From: Candidatus Babelota bacterium
GTDB taxonomy: Bacteria > Babelota > Babeliae > Babelales > Babelaceae
Assembly (NCBI GenBank): GCA_023379005.1
Contig: JAMCTG010000002.1
Coordinates: 14,333-78,332, forward strand
Reading direction: 5' to 3'
DNA: 64,000 nucleotides
Shown here piece after piece: positions 1 to 9,055 of the stretch. Numbering within the stretch: the stretch's first letter is position 1; each line of letters begins with the position of its first letter. A program made the translations under genes and the position numbers. The notes below the pieces were generated by a model. The model was not told the origin of the DNA. It saw only the letters and a list, made by a program, of their open reading frames with translations, and made no database searches.

Positions 1-11
1 AAACTATTTTT

Positions 12-551
12 TTATTCTATTTCAATTTCTACTTTTTTGTTTTCGCTTCTTTCAAAAATAACTTTTAAATCACCTTCTTTGTAAGATAATTTATGTGTAT
101 TAACATTTACAAAACACCAATAAGGTTCTGTAAAATTATAAGTATTTTCATATACCACACAAGGATTTGATGGCCTATTATCAGGTATTGTAATATGATA
201 ATCAACCTGATTATCTTTCAATGTAATAGCAAGTTTATTTCCATTTTTGTTATAAATTATTACATTTAAACTGTTACCAATAATACTACTGCTAATATGA
301 TTTGGATCTACATCTTTTAGTTTAAATATAATAGTTAATGTCTTTTCATTTTCATCTTTAATAATTAAAGGCTTATAATTATTTTTTAATTCAGATGATT
401 CGCGTTGTTTGTCTGTTGAAGGTCCATAAGATGAAGAATATGGTCTTTTTAGTCCTACGCAATTTGTTCCAACGTATCTGTCAGGATCCATTGAATGTAA
501 GTTAGCTAATATCAAAACAGAAAATAATGTAACAATATTTAATTTAATCAT
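12..551 (-). CDS. exported Hsp20/alpha-crystallin-domain protein, paralog 1 of 5
   Basis: 179 aa; hydrophobic leader MIKLNIVTLFSVLILANLHS/M; C-terminal half is sHSP-like and ends KLSYKEGDLKVIFERSENKKVEIEIE (I/V-x-I/V tail); same layout as the next four ORFs. Confidence 0.55.
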   Translation of the reverse strand: MIKLNIVTLFSVLILANLHSMDPDRYVGTNCVGLKRPYSSSYGPSTDKQRESSELKNNYKPLIIKDENEKTLTIIFKLKDVDPNHISSSIIGNSLNVIIYNKNGNKLAITLKDNQVDYHITIPDNRPSNPCVVYENTYNFTEPYWCFVNVNTHKLSYKEGDLKVIFERSENKKVEIEIE

Positions 552-562
552 AGTAATTCTTT

Positions 563-1102
563 CTATTCAGTTTCAACTTCTATTTTTTTTGATTCTTTTT
601 TTTCAATCACAAATTTTAAGATTCCATGTTTATAAGAAGGTTTTACTGATTTTCCAAGATTTACTGCTGAAGGTAAAGATCTTTCACCAGATCTTTTATC
701 TGTAAGCATATCAATTATTTTGTCAGTTACTTTAAATTTCAATTTCGTATTATCTATAATTATTTTTAGTGTGATCGTATTGGATAATATTTCAATATTT
801 AATAAGTTATCATTTTGAGAAACTGTTATATTTTTTTTAGGATCTTCAACATTTATTCTTAATTTAATGAAGATATTATTTTCATCTTGTTTTATTTTTT
901 TGTGTTTAAGTGAATGTTCTATGTTTTCGACAGTATTTTGATCGATATTTTTTGCTGCTTCATTATCTTTTGCAACTATTTCCCAATCATCTTCTTGCTT
1001 CAATAAATTTGCACGACTTTCTAGATAGCCATATTTCATCGAAAATAAGTTGGTAAAAGATATTGCGCAAGTAATAAAAAATAATTTGTTAATATTGTTC
1101 AT
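563..1102 (-). CDS. exported Hsp20/alpha-crystallin-domain protein, paralog 2
   Basis: 179 aa; leader MNNINKLFFITCAISFTNLFS/M; C-terminus SLPSAVNLGKSVKPSYKHGILKFVIEKKESKKIEVETE matches the sHSP beta8-beta9 pattern (LPxxVd...a.y.nGvL.i.lpK). Confidence 0.6.
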   Translation of the reverse strand: MNNINKLFFITCAISFTNLFSMKYGYLESRANLLKQEDDWEIVAKDNEAAKNIDQNTVENIEHSLKHKKIKQDENNIFIKLRINVEDPKKNITVSQNDNLLNIEILSNTITLKIIIDNTKLKFKVTDKIIDMLTDKRSGERSLPSAVNLGKSVKPSYKHGILKFVIEKKESKKIEVETE

Positions 1103-1113
1103 GAATATCTCTT

Positions 1114-1632
1114 TTATTTGATTTCTACGTCGATTTTTTTTGGTTTTTTCTTAATCTGTTCTTTTTTTGGCAAAGTTATTGTTAAAATGCCTTTTTCATA
1201 AGAAGATTTAACTGAATCAATATCCACAACTGATGGTAAAGACCAATTATCGCAAAGTTTTTTTGCTCGACTTACAATTATTAAATAATTTAATGAATCA
1301 TCAGTTATTTGCATGTTTAAGCTAGAAAATTTGCCATTTATATTAACTATCAATTTGTAATCTGAAATGTTTATTTCAATATCTTTTTTAGGGTCATCTA
1401 CAATTGCTATTAATGTAATGAACAAATTTTTATCATCTTGCTTAACATTTTGATGTGTAGAGAAATTAATTTCTTGAAATGATTTTTCTATATCTTCATA
1501 CGTGAGATCAATCAATTCCTTTTGATCATGCATTTGTTCAATAATTCTTTGTGCTTCATCCCAATTTTCCATCGTAAATAATTTTGATGAAATTAATATA
1601 AATGAAAGCAAGAATATTTTAGTTTTGTTCAT
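1114..1632 (-). CDS. exported Hsp20/alpha-crystallin-domain protein, paralog 3
   Basis: 172 aa; leader MNKTKIFLLSFILISSKLFT/M; WSLPSVVDIDSVKSSYEKGILTITLPKKEQIKKKPKKIDVEIK is a near-textbook alpha-crystallin domain C-terminus with an IXI-type tail. Confidence 0.7.
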   Translation of the reverse strand: MNKTKIFLLSFILISSKLFTMENWDEAQRIIEQMHDQKELIDLTYEDIEKSFQEINFSTHQNVKQDDKNLFITLIAIVDDPKKDIEINISDYKLIVNINGKFSSLNMQITDDSLNYLIIVSRAKKLCDNWSLPSVVDIDSVKSSYEKGILTITLPKKEQIKKKPKKIDVEIK

Positions 1633-1641
1633 GAACTCTTT

Positions 1642-2211
1642 CTATTTGATTTCTACCTTAATTCTTTTAGGTTCTTTTTTTACTGATTCTTTTTTGGGTA
1701 ATGTGATAGTTAAAACACCATCTTTATAAGAAAGATCGACCATTTCTACATTTACACTTGCTGGCAATGAAAATCTTTTGCATATACAACTAGATGTATA
1801 ACTTGTAAAAACTTGATTATCTTTTTCTTTTTTTTCTTCTTTTTTGACCTCTTGCTTTACTGAGTAATTTAAAAAATTATCTTGAATCAGTATTTTCAAA
1901 GTTGTTTCTTTACCATTAACATCAATATTAAGTTTGTTATCAGCAACTTTTGCAATAAGATTTTTATCTGGATCTTCGATGTTTATTTTTACCGTGATAA
2001 AAACATGTGTGTCATCTTTTTTGACATTTTCAGTTTTTATATCGACCAAATTATTTTCATTTTTAATTTCTTCAAAACATCTATTGATAGCCCTATCCAT
2101 TTCATGATGCATTTGAGCAAATTGAATCATTGCTTCTTCACAATCCATACCAAAAGATTTTGATGAAATTAATACAAAGGAGAGTAAGAAAAGTTTATTT
2201 ATTTTATTCAT
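1642..2211 (-). CDS. exported Hsp20/alpha-crystallin-domain protein, paralog 4
   Basis: Start moved from 2232 to the ATG at 2211 (MNKINKLFLLSF..., as in the paralogs), with a GAGGT Shine-Dalgarno 5-6 nt upstream; FSLPASVNVEMVDLSYKDGVLTITLPKKESVKKEPKRIKVEIK. Confidence 0.7.
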   Translation of the reverse strand: MNKINKLFLLSFVLISSKSFGMDCEEAMIQFAQMHHEMDRAINRCFEEIKNENNLVDIKTENVKKDDTHVFITVKINIEDPDKNLIAKVADNKLNIDVNGKETTLKILIQDNFLNYSVKQEVKKEEKKEKDNQVFTSYTSSCICKRFSLPASVNVEMVDLSYKDGVLTITLPKKESVKKEPKRIKVEIK

Positions 2212-2218
2212 AAAAACC

Positions 2219-2713
2219 TCATTGTTTTTCAATGATTATTGTTAAAACACCGCCTATATAAAAACGTTGCATTTTATTAAAATTTACAGTTGTGGGAAAT
2301 TGTAGACATTTCACTGAAGGTCCATATAAACGATAAGGTTTTATATTGGACCACCTATCATGTGTTGAACCTACTTTTTTCATTTCTTTGGTAACCATAT
2401 AACTCAAAGAACTATTGTCAATTGAGATCCATAATCTTTTTTCTTTTTCCAAAATATCGATATTTAAAAGACCATCAACATTAACAAGTATATCTGTAAC
2501 ATACTCAACATTTGCTTTTATATTAATAATAATATTATTTTCATCTTCCTTAATATTAATTGAAACATTATCTGTTTCATTTTGTCTAACAATTTTGGAT
2601 TCTTGATAATCATTTAGATCGATACGATCTTTTGTATTATAAGGATGCATGGAAAAAGAATCTGTGAAAATTGTTGCGCAATAAATTAAAAATAACTTAT
2701 TTATCTTGTTCAT
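2219..2713 (-). CDS. exported Hsp20/alpha-crystallin-domain protein, paralog 5 (no C-terminal tail)
   Basis: 164 aa; leader MNKINKLFLIYCATIFTDSFS/M; ends LQFPTTVNFNKMQRFYIGGVLTIIIEKQ, so it lacks the lysine-rich/IXI tail of paralogs 1-4. Confidence 0.55.
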   Translation of the reverse strand: MNKINKLFLIYCATIFTDSFSMHPYNTKDRIDLNDYQESKIVRQNETDNVSINIKEDENNIIINIKANVEYVTDILVNVDGLLNIDILEKEKRLWISIDNSSLSYMVTKEMKKVGSTHDRWSNIKPYRLYGPSVKCLQFPTTVNFNKMQRFYIGGVLTIIIEKQ

Positions 2714-2789
2714 AAAAACCTCACAGAATAATGATTAAAACTGATTTTAATTTATCAAAAAAGTAAAAATTTTTCAATATGAAAACTTT

Positions 2790-3119
2790 TTAAAATAATC
2801 TTTCGCCGTTTTCAACTTTTTCATCAGGACTTAATAAAATGACCTGACCAGATTTTGATGGTAATCCCAATACAAGAACTTGAGATTTAAATGGACCAAT
2901 TTGTTTTTCAGGAAAATTTGTAACAGCAATAATTTGTTTTCCAATAAGATCTTCTTTTTTATAATTTGTAATTTGAGCAGATGAATATTTAATTCCTAAT
3001 TTTTCGCCAAAATCTATTGTTAATTTATATGCCGGTTTTCTAGCTTGCGGAAAATCTTCAACTTTTATTATCGTACCAGAATTTATCTCGATTTTTATAA
3101 AATCTTCGTATGTAATCAT
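2790..3119 (-). CDS. csaA: tRNA-binding-domain chaperone CsaA
   Basis: 109 aa; collinear with my recollection of B. subtilis CsaA (FxKxDIRxGTIxKxExFPxARxPAxKLxIDFG...GIKxSSAQIT...VIAVxNFP...FKSxVLVLG). Confidence 0.85.
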   Translation of the reverse strand: MITYEDFIKIEINSGTIIKVEDFPQARKPAYKLTIDFGEKLGIKYSSAQITNYKKEDLIGKQIIAVTNFPEKQIGPFKSQVLVLGLPSKSGQVILLSPDEKVENGERLF

Positions 3120-3151
3120 AATAATTTAATTATCTTAAAAATTCCTTTTAT

Positions 3152-3190
3152 CGGGCCCCCGTAACTACGGCCATGGGCCGTATGCTTGGT
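3152..3190. other. GC-rich palindrome cluster between the OMP gene and csaA
   Basis: cgggcccccgtaactacggccatgggccgtatgcttgg: overlapping palindromes GGGCCC, CCGT-AACT-ACGG and ACGGCC-ATG-GGCCGT (6-bp stem, 3167-3181) in otherwise AT-rich spacer; it lies directly downstream of the minus-strand OMP gene, but no U-run follows immediately. Confidence 0.35.
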
Positions 3191-3191
3191 T

Positions 3192-4448
3192 CTAAAAATT
3201 TAAAGTGAACATAAAACCTAAAGTATTTGCTGCCATAGATCTTTTGCCATCAAAACCTAATTTATAAAATGTACTGATAAATGGTCTTACAGGATAATTA
3301 CAACAATCTTTTTGAGCATCGTAATTCAAAAAAAAGATTAGACTATGATTTGTAAATTCTTGCAAACTTTCTGCGGCGTTAGCAATTATCGCATTTATTT
3401 TATCTGTGTGTGGAAATATTTTATCGCGATCATGTTGCATAAATTCATAAGCAATTCTAAAACTAAATCGTCTACAAAAACTTGTAATGTCTCCATATAA
3501 CGTAAAATAATTTGTTACGCCAAAATGTTTAAAAGTTGCTGTCTTATTTACCAAAAATAAATCTGTTTGGCTTCGATCTATTTTTATTCTTCTACATCTT
3601 GTGTTTCCAAAAAGTGGCATAAAATCCGCATTTGCCCCAAAGCGTAAATAATTTAAAAATCTTAAATCAAGACCGGCACCTAACATAAAACCCCAACCCC
3701 CATCATTTCCAAATGGTATTGCAAGCAGTTCATTTACATTTGTATGTTTGCCTGTAGGGAAAATCATGCCAAATTGAGCATTGACTCTTACATTTTCAAG
3801 CCAAGGTTTTGCTTGAGGAAAATCTCGAAGCCACATGGCTTGCAAAGTTAAATCACCAACGCCTCTACGTTTCCATCCATCTAAAGATAAACAACCAATT
3901 TGTTCAACTTGTTGTAATAGATTGTTTGCTTGAGGAACTTGAGCTTCAAAAGTGGGTGCTTCGACTTCTGTAAATTTTACATTTTTAAGTTCCATTTCAA
4001 AATATGGCAAAAAAAGACCAATTATAAAATCATGAGGTAAATAATAACGTAAACCAAACATCACATTTGCATTAACTTTAAAACACCCTGAAGGTATAAA
4101 TAAACCATGAGTTTTATTGTCATCATCAATATTAAATAATTGGCTTAATTGACCAACTGATGAATCAACAGGAAAACCTTTTAATGCAGCTAACGCATCT
4201 TGTTCGCATTGATAAATTTGCAGAGGATGTACTTGGCGAGTAAAAGTCCTTTCTCCTTGGCAAATTTCTTGAAATCCTTTTACCTCTAAAGAACCTTCAT
4301 AACCTATGGACAACGCTAATCTATTGCATGGATGTTTTGGAGGAAGTAATAAAATATCATACGGTCTAAATAAATTAATTGGCGCTATAAATGCATTTAA
4401 GTTTAGGCCAAAAAGACATAATAATAAGATGTACAAATTTTTTTTCAT
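3192..4448 (-). CDS. putative outer-membrane beta-barrel protein, cysteine-rich
   Basis: 418 aa; leader MKKNLYILLLCLFGLNLNA/F; C-terminal ...FMFTLNF ends in the Phe typical of OMP beta-barrels; alternating hydrophobic/aromatic pattern; about nine Cys in the mature part. Confidence 0.5.
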   Translation of the reverse strand: MKKNLYILLLCLFGLNLNAFIAPINLFRPYDILLLPPKHPCNRLALSIGYEGSLEVKGFQEICQGERTFTRQVHPLQIYQCEQDALAALKGFPVDSSVGQLSQLFNIDDDNKTHGLFIPSGCFKVNANVMFGLRYYLPHDFIIGLFLPYFEMELKNVKFTEVEAPTFEAQVPQANNLLQQVEQIGCLSLDGWKRRGVGDLTLQAMWLRDFPQAKPWLENVRVNAQFGMIFPTGKHTNVNELLAIPFGNDGGWGFMLGAGLDLRFLNYLRFGANADFMPLFGNTRCRRIKIDRSQTDLFLVNKTATFKHFGVTNYFTLYGDITSFCRRFSFRIAYEFMQHDRDKIFPHTDKINAIIANAAESLQEFTNHSLIFFLNYDAQKDCCNYPVRPFISTFYKLGFDGKRSMAANTLGFMFTLNF

Positions 4449-4469
4449 GTGTGCTAAACCTTTAATTTT

Positions 4470-7226
4470 TTAATTATGTACACGTAATCCAAAGTCGCCC
4501 CCGATCATAAAACTTCCATTTGCAGAGTTTCTAACTAATTGCGTTAAAGATTTAAAATCATCAATGCCTAACGTAACTGGTACATTCGTTCTTGCCGCAA
4601 ATGATGACCCACTTAAATTTGGTAATTTGTAAAATTCAAATATTGGCGCAGTGTTTGTAAATCTGCTTCTTGATACATATAAATTTGCACCATCTGTTGA
4701 TACATAATTTCTGTATTTGCCAATATTTAATAAAAATGTTGTAACTTTACTTGTAAATTGGTCAGGTAATGACATAAATACTGGTCCATTTAAATATCCT
4801 CTGTAAATTCTTGCTTGTTGAAAACCAACATACGCATTTAAAATATAAATATTTGTAGGATCGGCAGACTTTTTATTTAAACTTATATCAAATAGCCTTG
4901 TAATTGGACCAACACTTTCTTGCAAATTTACAAACATCCATTGCGCACTGTTTATATCATTTATAGCATCAGGTGTTACTGAAGGCCCTGTTCTTAAAAG
5001 CCCATTACTTGTGCCTAATAATGCAATATTATTTTTTACAATAAGATCTGAAAAATAAGTATTTTGAAATCCTTGAATGTTTTGTGGCGCTGCTAATTGT
5101 ACAGAATTTAAATTATTATTTTGAAAATTTGTAGCCGATGCAGTGAATCTGTCCACACTATTGTTAGAAAGAACGTATAACAAATTATTTCTTGAGATTA
5201 ATTTTCTAACATTTGCAAAATTGCCAACTTTTTTAAATGAGAAATTATTATTTAAGCCTATAAATCCTTTTTGTAGACCAGTCGTTGCATTCCAACCATT
5301 GCCATTTTCATCACTTAGAATAGCAATGCCACCAATTCCTCCAACAACTAACCAGCCAAAATTTCCATCGGATAAAATTTCTGCTGCAATAATTGGACCA
5401 ATATCGTTTAATGCACCACCAGAAATAGAAATACCAGTTATGTTGCTTGATGCTGTTAATCCTTCTAATGTTCCATTTGTTGAAGAAAAAATAACGTTTC
5501 CAAAATTAGGTTCCGGGCCAAATAGATTATTAGTATCAGATCCATTTTGCAACAATAAAACTTTTTTATAACCAGTAAAAACATTAATCGAGATTCTGTT
5601 TCCAATAGTTGTCGAAAAACTGTCTGTATCAAAAGGAAAATCAAAAACTCCTTGAATACCAGCAATTTCTTTTGGAAATTGTTGTTGAAGAACTGTGCTG
5701 ATTCCTGCATCTCCTGTATTCCATGCTGTTCTTTCAACATTAACTGCAGATGTTGCAAATTGGCTTGATCCTGTCAAATACCAAGCTTTTGTAGAATTTA
5801 TATCCTGATTAATTCCAAAAATTGATCGTCCTTGAGTATAAGTTCTTACCCATTTTGTCCAATTTACGATTGATCCATCTGGCCCAAAAATTGCTTGGCT
5901 ATAAAAAATTCCTGGTTCTTGAGCATTTCCACTATTAGAGATGGCAACATAAACTGAATCTCCGCTTATGAAAATATCTTGGACATTTGCAGGTAAAGGG
6001 CCTTGACCAATTTGTGCTGCAATATCAGTATTATTTGGCATTCCGGACGGTGTTGTTGCAGGAGAAATTAGAATTCTAGCAGTAAATGCTTGAGTCCCTG
6101 TGTTGTTAAAAACTGATTTTGCTGTTTGAGTTTTGTCTGCAATAGTTCCTAGGAAGTTGCCACCGTTATTTACTAAAGGTAATGCAAAAACTTGATTTGC
6201 AGTTGTTACAATTAAATATTTTAAATATGTACTTGTGCTCATTGTTCGCACTTTATCAATCGAGACAGATGTCAAAGCACCTTGTGCGGCAATAATTTGG
6301 TTTGTGCCCGCAATTGCAGAATCTGGTGCAATTGGACTTAAAATAAGTTGGTTATTTTGAATATAAGCCATGACTACAGCTCTAATTCCATCTGTTGCTC
6401 CGGGACCAGCCTGCCCTTGTAAGGCTATGTACAACCTTGAAAGATTTTCATCCCAATGCATATCAACAATTTGATTTGTAATATTTGTAAGATCTCCATT
6501 TATTTTTACCGCTGGTGTACTTACATTTAATTGCACTGCTCTATTACCATTAGCAATTCCATTTTGCGCATCAAAAATATTAAATGAAAAACTATCAACA
6601 ATTTTTTCTTGCCCATTTTCGGTAACTTTTGTTGATGTTTTTTGAAATATTAAAAAAATGATTCCAGAATCACCTGTACCGAAATTTCCTGCAGCAGATT
6701 GGACAGCAGCAAACACAATACTTCCTATGCTAGGATTATCTGTTCCCGGTTGTGATGTTTGAAGACCTACGATTTTTGCCGTATTACTTATGCCACTTGC
6801 ATCATGAATATTTTGGGCACTAGTAACAATTGGAATATTAGAATTCATTTGTAATTGATTTATATAAATCGAACTTCCATCTCCTTCTTTTACCACAACA
6901 GGCATCATCCCTAGCAAAGACATTAAATTGATTTGAGCACCATTTAAAGGATTAGATTGTTCATCAACATTATTTAATTTTACTTTTAGAGGAGTTATTC
7001 CAAGAAAGTCATTATTGTTTATTCCAGAAATTGCTATCGAATAAATATTTTCTGGAACAGCTTGCTGCGCCGCTACAACTAACATTCCAGTTGGTCTATA
7101 AATTTTGTTTAACCCTATTGGAAATGAAAATGATTGAATTGAATTTTTATTGTCGCCTTGAATTAATTGTGCTGCCTTGATTGGTGAAAATAAAATTAAA
7201 AAGAGTTCAAGAATCAAAATTAACAT
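4470..7226 (-). CDS. large exported protein of unknown function (N/G/S/T/I-rich, no Cys seen)
   Basis: 918-aa uninterrupted ORF; hydrophobic leader ...SPIKAA/Q; I see no Cys in the translation; visibly less AT-rich than its neighbours; AAGGG SD upstream. Confidence 0.6.
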   Translation of the reverse strand: MLILILELFLILFSPIKAAQLIQGDNKNSIQSFSFPIGLNKIYRPTGMLVVAAQQAVPENIYSIAISGINNNDFLGITPLKVKLNNVDEQSNPLNGAQINLMSLLGMMPVVVKEGDGSSIYINQLQMNSNIPIVTSAQNIHDASGISNTAKIVGLQTSQPGTDNPSIGSIVFAAVQSAAGNFGTGDSGIIFLIFQKTSTKVTENGQEKIVDSFSFNIFDAQNGIANGNRAVQLNVSTPAVKINGDLTNITNQIVDMHWDENLSRLYIALQGQAGPGATDGIRAVVMAYIQNNQLILSPIAPDSAIAGTNQIIAAQGALTSVSIDKVRTMSTSTYLKYLIVTTANQVFALPLVNNGGNFLGTIADKTQTAKSVFNNTGTQAFTARILISPATTPSGMPNNTDIAAQIGQGPLPANVQDIFISGDSVYVAISNSGNAQEPGIFYSQAIFGPDGSIVNWTKWVRTYTQGRSIFGINQDINSTKAWYLTGSSQFATSAVNVERTAWNTGDAGISTVLQQQFPKEIAGIQGVFDFPFDTDSFSTTIGNRISINVFTGYKKVLLLQNGSDTNNLFGPEPNFGNVIFSSTNGTLEGLTASSNITGISISGGALNDIGPIIAAEILSDGNFGWLVVGGIGGIAILSDENGNGWNATTGLQKGFIGLNNNFSFKKVGNFANVRKLISRNNLLYVLSNNSVDRFTASATNFQNNNLNSVQLAAPQNIQGFQNTYFSDLIVKNNIALLGTSNGLLRTGPSVTPDAINDINSAQWMFVNLQESVGPITRLFDISLNKKSADPTNIYILNAYVGFQQARIYRGYLNGPVFMSLPDQFTSKVTTFLLNIGKYRNYVSTDGANLYVSRSRFTNTAPIFEFYKLPNLSGSSFAARTNVPVTLGIDDFKSLTQLVRNSANGSFMIGGDFGLRVHN

Positions 7227-7308
7227 GTTTTACCCTTAATTTTTCAAAGCTGTAGTTGTGGTGCTTTTAGAAATAGCATTTTACAATATTTTTTAACAAT
7301 TTAAAAAT

Positions 7309-7386
7309 CTACTTCGCCAAAATCATTATTTTTAAATTAAAATAAAATAGCGAAGTAGCCCTTCGTAGCTTTAGCGGAGTAGGGTC
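7309..7386. repeat. inverted repeat CTACTTCGC / GCGAAGTAG plus a GC-rich tail in the divergent intergenic region
   Basis: 7309-7317 ctacttcgc pairs with 7350-7358 gcgaagtag (9 bp, 32-nt loop of A/T only), followed by gcccttcgtagctttagcggagtagggtc; shares CTTCGC/GCGAAG/CGTAGC motifs with 9620-9702 and 57560-57590. Confidence 0.4.
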
Positions 7387-7489
7387 ATTTTTCAATAAAG
7401 CTCTTGCAAATGAAAAAATTTATGTTATTTCTATAATATACGTCTTATAATTAATTTCTTATCATTTAAAATTTTTTACAGAAACATTC

Positions 7490-9055
7490 ATGCACACAAA
7501 AATTTTTTCCGCAACGACAATTGGCGTCGAGACAAATCAGGTAGATGTAGAAGTAGATCTTTCTTTTGGTATTTTGCAATTTTCAATCGTGGGTCTTCCG
7601 GACGCAGCAATTAAGGAAAGTAAGCAAAGAGTTTTAACAGCTTTAAAAAATTCGGGAATAAAAATTCCTGAAAGAAAAATTACTGTAAACTTGGCACCTG
7701 CAGATATAAAAAAAGAAGGAACTCTTTTTGATTTGCCAATTGCATTAGGAATAATGATTGCTGGTGATTTTTTAAATGTGAGCAATGAATTTATAAATGA
7801 AACAATGTTCCTTGGAGAATTGTCATTAGATGGCCACATTACACCAGTCAAAGGAATTTTGCCGATTGCATGTGACGCAAAAAAATTAAACAAAAAAAGA
7901 TTAATAGTTCCTTTTGCAAATGCTCAGGAAGCAGGGTTAATTAAAGATATCGAAGTTGTTGGCATCAAACATTTAACGCAATTGGTTGCATATTTAAAAG
8001 GTGAAGAAAATATTTCTTGCACTACAACTGATTTTAAAAATTTAGGACATATTGATGCAGAAAAAATTTTAAATTTTAATCAAGTAAAAGGACAACATCA
8101 GGCAAAAAGAGCATTGCAAATTGCTGCCGCAGGAAAACATAATATTTTATTTATCGGTTCTCCAGGGTCCGGCAAAACAATGCTTGCAAAACGTTTGCCT
8201 ACAATTTTACCTAAAATGGAGTTTGATGAAATTATCGAGACGAGTAAAATTTATTCAGTTACAGGAAAGCTTACAAACAAACCACTAATTGTTGAGCGTC
8301 CATTTAGAAGTCCTCATCATACAATTTCTCAAGCAGGGTTAGTCGGTGGTGGATCTTATCCGCAGCCGGGTGAAATAAGTTTGGCTCATAATGGAATTTT
8401 ATTTTTAGATGAACTTACAGAATTTAAAAGAGACACATTAGAAGCCCTTAGACAACCATTAGAAAATCATACAGTTTGTATTTCGCGCGCACAGCAGACA
8501 TTAATATTTCCATCTTCATTTTTATTAGTTGCAGCATTAAATCCTTGTCCTTGTGGGTTTTTTGCAGATAAAAAAAGACCATGTGTTTGTTCGATGCAAC
8601 AAATTGAAAAATATTTAGCAAAACTTTCGGGACCACTGTTAGACCGAATTGATTTACAAATTATGGTGCCATCGGTTGATTATGAAACTGTAACTGCAAA
8701 AAATGAAAACAATTTAAGTTCAGAACAGATTTTTGAAAAAGTAAATTTGGCTGTGCAAAAACAAAAAGTAAGATTTAAAAAAACAAATATGTTCAATTCT
8801 ATAATGTCCAGCCAAGAAGTTGAAAAATATTGTATTTTGTCAGCTGGCGCTGAAGATATAATTAAAAAATCTTTTGACAAATTGGGCTTAACTATGCGTG
8901 GATATCATAAGTTGCTAAAAGTTGCCCGTACAATTGCAGATTTAGAAAATAGCGAAAATATTGAAAGCTCACATGTCCAAGAAGCATTAATTTATCGTTC
9001 ACTGGACCAAAGTTTTGATAAGTTAAAGAACTCCACACATGCTGAAAAATCCTAA
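7490..9055 (+). CDS. comM: YifB/ComM family Mg-chelatase-like AAA+ ATPase
   Basis: 521 aa; N-terminal Lon-protease-like domain (GVETNQVDVEVDLSFGILQFSIVGLPDAAIKESKQRV), Walker A GSPGSGKT, ILFLDELTEF, Cys cluster CPCGFFADKKRPCVC. Confidence 0.85.
   Translation: MHTKIFSATTIGVETNQVDVEVDLSFGILQFSIVGLPDAAIKESKQRVLTALKNSGIKIPERKITVNLAPADIKKEGTLFDLPIALGIMIAGDFLNVSNEFINETMFLGELSLDGHITPVKGILPIACDAKKLNKKRLIVPFANAQEAGLIKDIEVVGIKHLTQLVAYLKGEENISCTTTDFKNLGHIDAEKILNFNQVKGQHQAKRALQIAAAGKHNILFIGSPGSGKTMLAKRLPTILPKMEFDEIIETSKIYSVTGKLTNKPLIVERPFRSPHHTISQAGLVGGGSYPQPGEISLAHNGILFLDELTEFKRDTLEALRQPLENHTVCISRAQQTLIFPSSFLLVAALNPCPCGFFADKKRPCVCSMQQIEKYLAKLSGPLLDRIDLQIMVPSVDYETVTAKNENNLSSEQIFEKVNLAVQKQKVRFKKTNMFNSIMSSQEVEKYCILSAGAEDIIKKSFDKLGLTMRGYHKLLKVARTIADLENSENIESSHVQEALIYRSLDQSFDKLKNSTHAEKS

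Noticed and set aside
1882-2606. Plus-strand ORFs 1882-2163 and 2415-2606 inside the sHSP paralogs
   Set aside because: They lie antisense to ORFs with recognisable alpha-crystallin domains, are low-complexity and Phe/Ile-rich as is typical of AT-rich antisense frames, and have no SD.
5143-5758. ORFs 5143-5571 (+) and 5465-5758 (-) inside the 918-aa gene
   Set aside because: They are nested in or out of frame with a long uninterrupted ORF, with no independent start signals.
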